From: Camelus dromedarius
Lineage: Eukaryota
Direction of reading: 5' to 3'
DNA: 64,000 nucleotides
NCBI RefSeq assembly: GCF_036321535.1
Contig: NC_087436.1
Span: 15,004,001 to 15,068,000 of the forward strand
The notes below the pieces were generated by a model that saw nothing but the letters and a program-made list of their open reading frames with translations, had not been told where the DNA came from and made no database searches. How positions within the stretch are numbered: position 1 is the stretch's first letter; each line of letters begins with the position of its first letter. Shown here in pieces: positions 34,601-46,723 of this stretch. The translations under genes and the position numbers were made by a program.

Positions 34601-36939
34601 CATATGGCTGAGATTTGGAATCTCAACTGCAGGAAAGATTGAGAATTTGAGGTAAGAGGAAAGGTAAGGAGAAAATGAGGCTCTTTGAGAAGGATGTGAG
34701 AAATATCAGTTGTGAGGGATACTGGAAAACACTCAGGTAAAGAAATGAGAGATTGGAAGCTTAGCTCATCAACAAAAGTATCTCAAGGAAGGGAGGTCTA
34801 TGTGACACTTCAGAAATCGTGTGAGTCTCCTCCCTAACTTAAGTGGAAAACTAACTTTACAGATTGAACACCTCAGCACTTATTCATGTATCCCTTGTAT
34901 TTCCTCTGTGAAATATTTCTTAGAACAAAACAGATTGCAAGATCACGGTCTTAATGGTAAAACAAAGGATTAAAAAAAAAAGGAAGTTCGAAAGTCAGCA
35001 GTGCTGATTTCATGCAGCATTATGAATTCCCTCCAACAAAGCAAAGCTGCAGGTGGGTGTATTACCAACCCCATCCTCACAACCTTTGAAATTAGAGCTG
35101 TGAAGTGACTCTGGTGACATGTCTGACTCCTTTGTGACAAGTCTGATAAGGGTGTGGTCCCAGTCGTCTTAATGTCTGATTGAAATAGAACCTTTGAGTA
35201 AATATAGCCAGCTGAGAGTCTCCTTTCAGAATGGCTCACAAACACAGCAGGCTTAGGGGAGGATTTTGAGAATGTGTCCAGTGATGCCATTTCAACCATG
35301 ACTTGAGGAAATTAACAAGAAAAACGATCGTCCATTTTCTTGGGTGGTCGTGGCATCTGCCCTCCATTCTAGACTTGTATATTGCTTCAAGGTAGGATGA
35401 CCCCCCCACCTCAGTCTCGAACAAACATAAGGCACATACAGAAGAGAAGGAAGGAGGGAGGGCAAGAAGGAGACAGAGAGGGAGAAGAGAAGGAGAGAAA
35501 AGAAAGATGCACATGGAGAGAAAGGAGAGAAACTTCTCCATTACCTTCAGCGGCATGAGAATAGTGATCTGTTAACCCTATTCTGAAGGCTGCTGTGCTT
35601 TTGGTTTTTCAAGTAGGCTTGCGTTAACAATGGCCCTTAATACACACAGGCACACACACGGAACTTAGTCTCCCAGGAACAAAACAAACAGAGCAAATGC
35701 CAGAGTCCTCAAAGGGCTGGTCTGTGATGAGCCAAAGGGAACCTCATGCGAATGCACTTCGAGGAAGCCCCATCATGGGCCCTGGTGCAGCCTTCAAGGG
35801 CTCGGTTTGAACACAGCCTGCGGGCAGCATCTTGGATGTCCATTCTTTTTGAGTGTGTCCAGCCTCTCCAGAACCTGAGCCCCACTTCTCTCCACTGTCG
35901 CCTGGATGGAGCGATGCTACAGCTGACAGCAGTGACTGGCGGGAGTCTGGGAAAGTACAATAATATTCTAAGTTGCCTTTAGTCTGATTTTTATTTAGGC
36001 TACTTTGCATGACTGGTTTATGCCAAATGAGGATATTTTCCCTTCTTCTTGGAATAGCTTCATGTTAAAATATCACTCTTTTCAAAGTGCCCAAATATTA
36101 CTGGGATGAATAATGAGACAGATGGAAAATAGGAGGGGCGGAGCAAGTTCAGAACGCTTTGTACTTGGCAGAATAAATGAGCTTTGCGGAGTTCCAGCCT
36201 CCATCTAGTTACCCATCTGAAGGCACCTTCCACGCCATCCTATGGAGATGCAAAGACCAGTGAGGTTCCCGGAGCTCAGCTTCCACAGAAGCCACACCAA
36301 CTCTAGGGACCTCCTACCCACAGCCTAGTCAAAGGGCACAGGGCAGCTCTCCAACCCAGGTTAGTGCATCCTAAGAAGTGAGCGTGCCCTGTGACAGCTT
36401 CCAGGTTGTGGGACTTTGCTACGTGTAGAACTCTGCCTGAAGCATCAACCATTTTTCCAGAAAGAGTACCAAAAAATCCAGTGCAGTGTGGGTTTTCAGA
36501 AGATAGAAGATGGCAAGGCATTCTTTATCTTATCCTTTTCTGAGCAGACAAACGCAGGAAGCAACTGGCAGCTAAATATTGGACTGAATCGTGTTCACTG
36601 CTACGTGTTGCTGATAACACAGAATGTGTCCGATTGAATCCCGTTACTGGCAGCTGCCAGCCTGATGGGTCCCAGTGTCGTTCCTCCAGCTACCATGTGC
36701 TTCCATGTCTCCTTCCTCTACCCAGACCTAGCCCACCCCACAAGGCCCACGTGAAATGTCAGCATCTCTTCTAGAAGCCTCTCTCATGCAGATGCCTCCT
36801 ATCTGTACCAGCTCTTCTCTCCACGAAAAAAACTTAGAGATTAATAATGAAGCAACAGGAGAGAGATTAAAAAGCCATCTGGTGAGCAGTCCCTGACACA
36901 GCTTAAAATATCCACAAAAAAACAAAAAGAGACTCGAGC

Positions 36940-37160
36940 TCACAGTAAAAGCAAGGACTTGGTAGTCAGATGGATCTGAATTCAGTTTCTCGATCTGCTG
37001 CTTCCTCGCTGTGTAGTTTGGGGAGTGGTTATTTAACCTCTTCACGCTTTAATTCTGGGGATAATAATAATAATACCTACCTTGTAGGAGTTTTGAGATG
37101 AGTTGATTATAATTATAAGCAGTCTAAATAGCATACACGTTAGTTATTACAACTACTACC
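36940..37160 (+). mobile_element. MIR
   Basis: ggacttggtagtcagatggatctgaattc...gctgtgtagtttggggagtggttatttaacctct...ataataatacctaccttgtagg. Confidence 0.75.
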
Positions 37161-37369
37161 CTTGCAGCCGGGAGGGACCACCTATTGCCACCATCCTGGC
37201 AGGAGGCCCACTAACTTACTGACTGATGGAACCAGACTGAAAATGTACTTGGTGTTCCTTTAACGTCTGGCTGTTGCAATCAGTGAGAGCTGGTCGGTCA
37301 ATAGGCAGGAAGAATCACATCCCTGCCCCCGAGTCTGTTCCTGGGTGTCCAGAGCTCACAGTGCCATGG

Positions 37370-37540
37370 TTCATTCATTCATTCACTGAATGTTTAGTGA
37401 ATGCCCAGTAAGTGTTGGGAGGTGGATGTAGAGCCATGAACAAAGCTGACAAAAATCCCTGCCTTCTGGGAGCTTATATTCTAATAGAGAAATCAGACAT
37501 ATAAGTAAGATATACGGTGTCCTAGAGGCACAGGGAGTGC
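37370..37540 (-). mobile_element. L2 3' end
   Basis: ttcattcattcattcactgaatgtttagtgaatgcc...aaaaatccctgccttctgggagcttatattcta. Confidence 0.75.
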
Positions 37541-38106
37541 AGAGCTGGGGGTGGCCCACAAAGTGGCTCTGACGCTGGGGGAGGGGCCGTCCGTTGAGCC
37601 GCGTGATGATGTCAGAGACGGAGTGCTGGGTGCCCTGCGGGAGGAGGACTGAGCCCCGCTCAGCCTGCACCTGTGGGGAAGCCACGGAGTCCAGAGGCAT
37701 CAGGAAGCCCTGCAGCTCTGAGGGGCTGGAGGAGCCCAGCCCGAGACCCACGTGTGGTTGTCACAGTTACTACACCCCCTTAACTGTCCCATCCTCAGTC
37801 ATGTTCCAGAAAGCACCTGCTAAGGAAAATGCCTCATGCTTCTATTTATTAGCTTTATCTTTAGTCAAAGGAGCCTATAAGCATCTTGAGGGCAAAGACC
37901 AATTCGCATACTCAAATCGCCCACGATCATTTTCTCAGGGCTCAGAGCTGACATGTACTGATTATTCAGTATTAAATCATCAACCCTCGCACCAGTCCAT
38001 GAGCTGGTACTTGTAGCATCTCCAGATGAGGCAATAAGGCCCAGGGAGGTAAAATACCTCGCTTGGGACACTCGGCTACTAAGGGGCAGTTGAGATTTAG
38101 GGATGC

Positions 38107-38500
38107 TCTGATGGGCTGAGGTGCATCCCCTCAAAGTCGTACGTTTTTGAACAATGGAGTTCTAACCTCAGGACCTCAGAATGTGACTGTGTTTGGAGAA
38201 AGAGTCTTCAAAGAGATAATTAAGGTAAATGAGGTGGTAGGATGGGCCCTAACCCAATATGACTGGTGTCCTGATCAGAAGAGGAAGTTTGAGCACAGGC
38301 AGTTACAGAGGGAAGCCCACAGGAAGACACAGGAAGAGGGCAGCCGTCCTTAAGCCAAGGAGAGAGGCCTTCTTGAAATCAACTCTGCCAACATCCTGAC
38401 CTCAGACTGCCGGCCTTCAGAACCGTGAGAAAATAAATTTCTGTTTTTTAAGCCACCAGTTCATGGTTCTTTGCTATGGCAGCCCTCGCAAATGAACACA
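38107..38500 (+). mobile_element. MaLR solo LTR (MLT1A/B-like)
   Basis: tgatgggctga...acctcagaatgtgactgtgtttggaga...gggccctaacccaatatgactggtgtcct...gtgagaaaataaatttctgtttttaagccac. Confidence 0.9.
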
Positions 38501-38956
38501 GGTATGTGGCGAGTATTGGAGAAGCATCTGGAGTTCTGTGCTTTGTTTGTGAGGCCGCCCAATCTGGCCCTGCCATTGCTGGGGGCAACGCAAGGAGGTG
38601 ACATCTCCGGTCCTCTGGGCATCTGGCGTCCAGCAGCCTGAGATGCCCATGGTCTCCTCAGTGCTGAGCACACCCCAGCAGATACAAATATTCATCCTCA
38701 TCACACAGAAGCTGTGATGCAAGGGCAGACACCAGGCACAACTCACGGAACTAGACTTTCTCACTTACTGATTCATTGATTCACTCAACCAGTGATTATT
38801 CATGCCTGCTATGTCCCAGGAACCGTCCTGGGTATATAAAAATGACCAGATTATGTTACAGTCATAAGGAAGTCATCATATAAATGTAAAATCTATTTTT
38901 ATCAGATAATCATAGTAATAAAATTAAAATAATCTATATGGTAAGAATTAAAAGAG

Positions 38957-39689
38957 GTGCAGCCACTATGGAGAATAGTATGGAGGTTCCTTAAAAAACT
39001 AAAAGTTACCATATGATCCAGCAATCCCACTCCTGGGCATGTATCCAGCAAAAAACTGTAATTCAAAAAGATACATGTACCTCAATGTTCATAGCAGCAC
39101 TATTTACATTAGCCAAGATATGGAAGCAAGCTAAGTGTCCATCAACAGATAAATGGATAAAGAAGATGTGGTATTTTTATACAATGGAATATAACTCGGC
39201 CATAAAAATGATATAATGCCATTTGCAGCAACATGGATGGACCTAGAGATTATCATACTAAATGAAGTAAGTCAGTCAGGGAAAAACAAATATCATATGG
39301 AATCTAAAAAATAGTACAAATGAACTTATTTAAAAAACAAAACCAGACCCACAGACATAGAAAACAAACTGATAGCTACTAAAGGGTGGGGGAGGAATAA
39401 ATTAGGAGCATGGTATTAACAGATGAACACTACCATAAATAAAATAGATGAACAACAAGGACTTACTGCACAGCACAGGGAACTACATTCAATATCTTGT
39501 AATAACCTGTAATGGAAAAGAATCAAAAAAGAATATAGATATATATACATATGTATAACTGAATCACTTTGTTATGCACCTGATACACAATATTGTAAAT
39601 CAACTGTACTTCAAAAAAAAAGAAAACAATTTTTAAATTAAATAAAGTTTTAAAAAATCACAAGAAATTTTCAAAAAAAAAAAGAAAGA
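38957..39689 (+). mobile_element. 5'-truncated L1 inserted in an L2 remnant
   Basis: gtgcagccactatggagaatagtatggaggttccttaaaaaact...attgtaaatcaactgtacttcaaaaaaaaa; degenerate TSD aagaattaaaagag / aagaataaaaaggg. Confidence 0.95.
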
Positions 39690-41340
39690 AAGAATAAAAA
39701 GGGAGAGCTGTACAGTGCAATGGACAGAGCTGACAAGAAAGTTGACCTAAGCAGAGAGATCAGTAAAGGCTGGAGCCTTAGATGCACAGGATGGAGTTAA
39801 CAAAGTAAAGAGGAGAAGGGTTAGGATTCCAGCAGAGAAAACAGCCAGGGCAAAGATTTAAAGAAATGGACCCAACACACGCCAGCCCTGCTTCTCAGAA
39901 GCTTGCAGGAGGAAGGAGAGATGAAAAAGGAGGAAAACAAGAAGGGGAGGTGAGGTGATGGAGAAGAAGGGAAGGAGGAAACTGACATTGAAATCTACTA
40001 CAAGCCAGACATTGTGCTCAGTGTCTTTGCACAATTCATCTCATATTTTCAGCCATCACAGACACAGCTGCATAGGACCAGGGTGAGGCAGGAAAGGTGC
40101 CCTTACCCGACCCTGAGAGAGACGCTTCCTTCAGTTTTACACTGCTTGTGCCTCACGCTAGCCTGGGCCCTGCAGCTCCATGGGCATGTGTCTTCCTTAT
40201 CAGTGGTGGCCTGGACCAGCTGGGCGGGACCACCCATGCTGTGCACAGCCAGCTTGCTCTCAGAAGCAGGGCCCCGACCCAGCAGCCCTTGGAAAGCTTG
40301 CCGTGCATAGTCAATCAGGCCCCTGAACCGTCCCCACAGCCCAGCTACCGCAGTCTGTGCATCACGCCACCTGGGCAGCCTCCCTGCAGGGCTGTGAACA
40401 AAGTCCAGGGGGGCTGGTGAAGATAACAGGAGGTCAGGAGTTGGTGGAATGGGATGGGATGGGCGGAAGGCTTCACATTCTCAGGCAAAGTCCAAGATAG
40501 CAGAAAGAATTTATAGGCCAAAGCCAAGACCCGGAATATAAACAGGGAGATAAACTGGGCTATCTTCAATTGCTGCCCAAGAAGTACTTCTGTGCTATAT
40601 ATACAGCAACAGAAAAAGAGAAAGAGAAGTGAAGGCTTCAGCTCAGATCAAAAATATTTTCACATACATTTACATGCCACTTTCAAAAAGCCAAGCAGCA
40701 CTCAGGTCAAAGAAATTCCCTTTATTTTCTATAATTCATCATCACGCTTACCTCTAACACTTTCCTTCCTCCTTCACGAATGAACACAAGTAAGAGCTGA
40801 AGGAATTTTGCTAACACAATCTCTCTGAAAGTAGGACTGAGAATTATGTCTTTTACCTAGATCAGCATCCATATTAAAGTCCCTCAGAGAACTTTGTTTT
40901 AAAATTTGATGCTAAGAAAAAAAGAAAAATGTAATGTTTCTTTTCCAATAATAATGGCTACAGAACTTACTAAGTTTCCCCTTTCACCATGGTTGCTAGG
41001 AAGCTCAGATCATAGTTAAGTCTCAACTGTTGCAACTATGTTGGTCCTTATGCTTGTAATTACCATTCCCTTGGTTTGGTCCTGATTTTCTATTTCCTAT
41101 TTGTTCTTATGGCTTCCTTGCACATATTTCTGTTGTGAATTGCTATACATTCTTTTGGGGAAAGAGAGTATAAACAAAAAAACAAGTGAGTTCTATTACC
41201 TGTCCTTGGACCAAGTTTCTCACACTAAGAACTCCTAAATAACCCCTGTCCTTGGTCATTGTTTTAACAGCAACTCTGACATGACAAAAAGATGTTGTCT
41301 TAGCACCTTAGCCCCCACAGGAAATAACTTGAGTGCAGAG

Positions 41341-41778
41341 TGTATTGTTTATCTATGGCAACCTTTAAAAGAGCTTTGCAGCTTCAAACAACAAACATTT
41401 ATTATCTCACATAGCTTCTGTGAGCAGGAAGGTGGGAGCAGCCATGCTGGGTGGTTCTGGACTAGTCTCTCATGAGTTTTGGCCAAGCTGTGCCCCTGGG
41501 CTGCAGTCATCTGAAGGCTTGACTGGGGCTGGAGGCATCCCTACCTGCCCCCAAACCCAGTGCCAGCCAGTGATCCAAAAGAGAGAGAGCAAGACTAAGC
41601 CACATGCCTTTTATGCTCTAGAATTGAGGGCCAGACAGCATTACTTCCAGAACATTCTGTTTGTTAAAAGTGAGTCACTAGATAATATAGACTGACCACA
41701 TTCCAGGGGAGGGGAACTAATTTCCACCTATTGATGGGAGGAGTATCAAAAAATTTTGAGCATATTTTTAAAACACAG
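41341..41778 (-). mobile_element. MaLR solo LTR (MLT1F/G-like)
   Basis: tgtattgtttatctat...aaacaacaaacatttattatctcaca...ggggctgcagtcatctgaaggcttgactggggctggagg. Confidence 0.8.
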
Positions 41779-41818
41779 CTCAGAATATAAAGCTACTTTC
41801 ATTTTTGAAAAAGTACAA

Positions 41819-41990
41819 GGAGGGAGGATATAGCTCAGTGGCAGAGTGCATGCCTAGCATTCCTGGGTTCAGCCCCCAGTACCTCCATTAAAAAAATAAT
41901 AAAATAAGTAAATAAATAAACCTAATTACCTCCTCACCCAAAAAATGAAGAGTAAAAAAAAAAAAAAGAATAACTATCTTTAAAAAAATT
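41819..41990 (+). mobile_element. tRNA-Ala-derived SINE (vic-1-like) with small internal deletion
   Basis: ggagggaggatatagctcagtggcagagtgcatgcctagcat[gap]tcctgggttcagcccccagtacctcc...aaataaacctaattacctcc. Confidence 0.9.
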
Positions 41991-42656
41991 TTAAAGTGTA
42001 TATGTGTACCAAGGCACAGCTTGGTATCCAATGTGCCTTTACCTAGATGCAAACCAGGACAGAAAAAAAGGTTGAAAAAGAAAATGCTTTTCTTCAATCT
42101 ATATGCTGCAGGCAAGCATCCTGCAAAGGCATGGCTCCATGAAGTTCCAAACACGGGCATATGTCAGAGAGAGAACATGTCCCCACGTGGTGTGGGAATG
42201 AGAGAGAGAAGGCTGAACATGTCAGAAGGAAAGAAAGGAAACTGTTTCTAGCCAGTCTGAAAAGTCAGCCTCCCTTGGGACCTAAATGGAAGACTGAAGC
42301 CTAGGTGGCGAGGTCTCAGTTATCTATAAATTACCCTCATCTTTTGTCAAGCCTTCTAGTCAGATCCCAGGAGAGAAAAATGAGCAGTGATTCAGAAAGC
42401 AAGGTTGGAGATGAGAGCTGAGTTCGTCTCTGGAGGTGATGAGGGGTGCTGGGATGGGGTGGAGGTGTTAATCACAGCTTGAAATGTCATCGATTGATGT
42501 TGCTGGGAGAAATCTAGTAACTCCACTTGGCCAGATGTGGGGAGCCGGGTATATCCCCTTGCTGTTCTGCACCCATGCTGTAGGCATAATTTGCTTCTTA
42601 TTAGCCTAGAAGTTGCTCCCCACAGTGAAAGAGGCAACAGAAAAGCAAGGCCACTT

Positions 42657-42900
42657 TCAAAACTACGATGAGGTATCACCTCACACCAGTCAGAATGGCC
42701 ATCATTCAAAAGTCCACAAATGACAAATGCTGGAGAGGCTGTGGAGAAAAGGGAACCCTCCTACACTGCTGGTGGGAATGCAGTTTGGTGCACCCACTGT
42801 GGAAAACAGTATGGAGATTCCTCAAAAGACTAGGAATAGACTTACCGTATGATCCAGGAATCCTGCTCCTGGGCATATGTCCAGAAGGAACCCTACTTCT
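42657..42900 (+). mobile_element. L1 ORF2 C-terminal fragment (cysteine-rich CCHC domain), no 3' UTR
   Basis: Translation [63 protein letters not shown] is the mammalian L1 ORF2p C-terminus. Confidence 0.95.
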
Positions 42901-43183
42901 AATTCATCTTAATATGCTTATCTTTGATAGTGCACATGATAGTGCAGAGGTTGATTCACATGACAGTGAAGTTGTTCTTCTCCTTGAATTCATCTTTACT
43001 CTTGCAAAATTGCTGTAAAAATAACTCCAGTGCACACCAACTAAGTAACCAGCTCTGTGAGGTGTGTAACATTCTTGTCATGTGGGAATTAACTCACTTA
43101 AAATATGGGCGAGCCAGGGAGTATATTATGGAATAAAGTGTGCAGCTGAGAACTTTTTTCTGTATGAAGAAATCCAGGTGCCT

Positions 43184-43275
43184 GGGGGTGGGTACAGCTC
43201 AGTGGTAGAGCGCATGCTTAGCATGCAAGAGGTCCTGGGTTCAATCCCCAGTACCTCCATTAAAAAAAAAAAAAA
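43184..43275 (+). mobile_element. tRNA-Ala(AGC)-derived short SINE / retropseudogene
   Basis: gggggtgggtacagctcagtggtagagcgcatgcttagcatgcaagaggtcctgggttcaatccccagtacctcca followed by A14; 17-bp TSD at 43167-43183 and 43286-43302. Confidence 0.9.
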
Positions 43276-43699
43276 TTCCAGACTCAAGAAAGCCAGGTGC
43301 CTAAGGACATTACATTTGTTCATTCAACATTAACAGTACCTAGACTCTGCCCCCAGGTGCACCCTCCCACCCCATGTTCACCTTCTGACCCAGCAGAGGA
43401 CATTTCCCTTATGGGTGCTGACTATAGGTGCTTTACTTTGGGAAGGGATCCCAAGAATAAGAATGGGCAGGGGGAGGGACAAATAGGGAAGGAGGAGAAA
43501 TCCATATGAGGATGTGATTGCCACTGGGTGAGGAAGAGTGTGCGTTCTGGGGTTCCCACCCCTCCCTGGTCAAGAAATCCTTCACACTTCCAGATCCCAT
43601 GGGATGTGCACCAGCACAGGGCCCTCCGGCAGGCATCCAACACTGAGTAAGAGAAGCCTTAAGGGCGGCTGAGGTGAGGTGCTGTTGGGAAGAGAATTG

Positions 43700-44010
43700 C
43701 TATGGCAGTGACTCATTCAAAGAGTGAAAGAAGGCTGTGAGGCAAGGCTCCAGAAGTGACCAGACAGTGACCAGACAGGAGGAAGGGACAGCGGTTTGGA
43801 GGAAGCCATTACTTTTGCAGTAATCTAGCCAAAGGTGACAGGGACCTGCATTCACACTGCGTCTGTGGAGACAGGGAGAAGGGAGCCAGAGGGCACCTTG
43901 CAGTGCTTGCCAACGAGGTGTGGATGAAGAGAGATGAGGGCAGGAAGACTGAGGATGCCTCCTTGGGTCCTGACCTAGCTGCCTGGGCAGAGGCTGAAAT
44001 GGGGAATGGA
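43700..44010 (-). mobile_element. L2 fragment
   Basis: ggaagccattacttttgcagtaatctagccaaaggtgacaggg...gactgaggatgcctccttgg. Confidence 0.6.
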
Positions 44011-46112
44011 GGAGGACGGGGAGGACCGGGAATTGTGAAGCCAGGTGGGGACTGCAAATCATTCAGGAGACTGGGAGCAATTGGAGACCAAGGCTTAGGA
44101 AAACGAATGAAAAGTGCCAATGACGGCCCAGCTGAAGGGAGAGGCTGTGAATTACAGATTATGCTGGCCCCATGCTGCACCGCGTTGACAGTTCCTGCCG
44201 ACTGGATACAGGAACAGGTCGTGTTGACAGCTGATCTGATCCAAGCTTGGGGTTTTGTTGGGTGGGGGTGGGAGGACAAGGGAACAGAGGACTTGAAGAT
44301 ATGCCAGAGTGTGAGACATGCTGGACATTTACTACATTTCATGACAGGTTCTAGATGATGTGTGCAACTTTTTCCTAAGTTCCACATTCTTAAATTAATA
44401 TATATAATATGGTCATTTCTCCTGTCTGTGACCTGAAAAAAAAAAGTGATGTATCTGATATTGGTTCTGTTGGATATTTATGGTTCGTCCCACCCACCCC
44501 CAATTTATTAAAACTGTCGTTGTCCAGAAGCTTCTAGCAGCCTTCCCAGGCAGCTGAAATGAGCTTCTTGGTGACTTCCTCAAAAGGGCTGAGGTAGTGA
44601 ATGTGTATAAGTCATGTCCCGACGTGGCTGCCCGCAGGTGACACTCGGCTGTCCTGGACATGACGGACATATAAAAGCCAAAAAGGCTCTGAGCTGGCTC
44701 TCCGGACTCTGGGCTCCATTGGTGTGGCTTTGGTTTATGCTTTTTCTTACCTGAGTTTTCCCCCTCCTTCCCCCTCCTTCTCTGTCTCTGCCTCCTCCAG
44801 TTCCTGGTGCTGTAAGATGACAAGAAAATACCTGAATCCACCCCAGCACGTCCCTGTAGTCCCCTCCCGGAGCACCACGCTGGTTTTCCAAGTGCTCCAG
44901 TTACCTTGGAGGGAGCTGAGGCCCTGGGGCGGCGGGCGGGCCCTCTCTGCCAGGGCACACGTACTCCCTTTCAGGCTGGAAGCCACTGCTGTGGTCCCCA
45001 TGCAAGGTCACTAGGTAGGGGGGAGGCCCTTCATCTGACTCTGCTGAAAGCTCTAAGGCTTTTGTTTCCTTTGGTCCTTTTTTTTAAGGCCTTCTTTGTT
45101 TATGGGAACATTCTTCCAACTAGAGTGAGTTTTCAAACCCTTGGCATTTGCTTTAAAGGTACGTCTGCTTTGAAGACTGGTGGAAATTTCAATCATATTC
45201 CTATTCATAGTCAAGGAGTGAGTGGGAACTAAAAATATCAGCATTTTGGATTTTTTTTTTTTAATCTTCTGAAGCCTTGAACAGAAACGCAGTAAGTCTC
45301 AGAGGAAGGGGTCTGGCTCCCGGGACCCATCACCCCATTGCCGGCAGACAGCCTCGGGGTCAGCCCCCGGCTCCAGGAGGCCCATGGCTCTCCTGCCAAA
45401 GCACCCCTCAGTCTTCAAGGCCATTTTTCTAAACATGTAAAATGAAGTTTCCTAAATACATTACAAATTTAATAGGCGAGACAATTTGGCTGCGGAAAAA
45501 CCCTGGAGCAGTCAGGATGTTCGGATTATTAAAAGCCAAATTAACTGACAAGTAGCATCTCCAGTCTATGTGCAGCCTGACGTCAAGCAGTTCTAAAAGT
45601 TATTAGCAAGGCATTGTGACCAGAGAGAGATACGTGCTGCTCTCAAGTCCACGTTCATTACCAATGGGCCGGTCCTGCCTGTGCCCTGTAAGGGCAGTTA
45701 AAGCCTTTAGGTGCGAGCCAGCCACGCGAGTGTGGGGTAGAAAATATTTCACTTGAAAGGCAATTCTAGACCAGCACTGATTTACCATTGATGGCTTCTT
45801 GTGAGTCATTCTTTCTAAAAGAGGAAAGATTCCTTTAAAAGAAAAAAAAAAAATCTGTCAACTTAAAAAAAAACAAAACAGATCTGTCTTTTGAATTTAG
45901 ATTTAAATTAAGATAAGATGACTCACTCTGCCAATGCCTCTTTAAAACAGAGATACCTTAAGAAGGCTAGAAGTTTGGATGTGAAGAGGTTGGACACAAA
46001 TCATTCTTCATTTCTGGAGCTCCGCTCTTCCAAAGACAAAGGCATCTGGCGAGGTTCTTTATTTCTTGCCCGACAGGGTCATGTTGCCCCTTGGCAGCGT
46101 GGGTCTGCATTC

Positions 46113-46122
46113 TGATTGACAG
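46113..46122 (+). promoter_or_regulatory. PBX-MEIS/PREP decamer TGATTGACAG within a motif-dense unique block
   Basis: Exact decamer with nearby ATCAAAG, two TAATTA and AAAGGTCA. Function inferred only. Confidence 0.5.
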
Positions 46123-46723
46123 GCTGAGTTAATAGTCCGTAGCCAAGGTAATAACCATTCGGTAGGACCATATCAAAGCTAATTATTAAAGTTAATTATC
46201 AGGAAGCTTAATGAACTTATTCACCATCCAACAGTGGAGAACCTGCCAAAGGTCACTTAGGAACTGGTCAGTCCTCTGCTGTTTTATTTTGGGTTAAGGG
46301 CAAAGCAAGAAAATATTTACCAATGAAACAGAACAAAAGGAAAAATTGCTAAAGATCAGAGGCACCATGGTAACACTCCAGCCTGAACGCCGTGCTGCAG
46401 CCAGAAGACAAGTGATAATGATAACAATTTCTGGTAAATTGTGTCAGATAATGCTTGTCACAGAGACACGAGCAACTGAACCATTGTTTCCTGACTATGA
46501 ACTTATCCCTTCCTTTCATTTAAAAATCTGAGGGAAAGAAACCCTTCCATATGAAAACAAGCCACTTTTGGGGTAAATCGCAAAGGGTTTCTTCCACCAC
46601 GATAGACATGATGCCCAGTGAAATGAGCGAGGCTGATGATCATAGTAGGTGCTCAGGAGACATTAATTTCCCACTCACCCTTCCTTTCTACCCCACCCCA
46701 CCCAGGCCTGGCTCTTTTGGGTA

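Noticed and set aside
10910..34745. Scattered strong plus-strand splice donors (near 10911, 11142, 14456, 24250, 34651) as one spliced gene
   Set aside because: I could not pair them with acceptors into a coherent reading frame; such motifs are common by chance.
43184..43260. Functional tRNA-Ala gene
   Set aside because: Followed by poly(A) and flanked by a 17-bp TSD, with no T-run terminator; same family as five other SINE copies in the window.
44590..44612. let-7-like sequence tgaggtagtgaatgtgtataagt
   Set aside because: Only the first 9 nt and tgtata match, and there is no ctatacaa-type star arm or precursor stem; probably chance.
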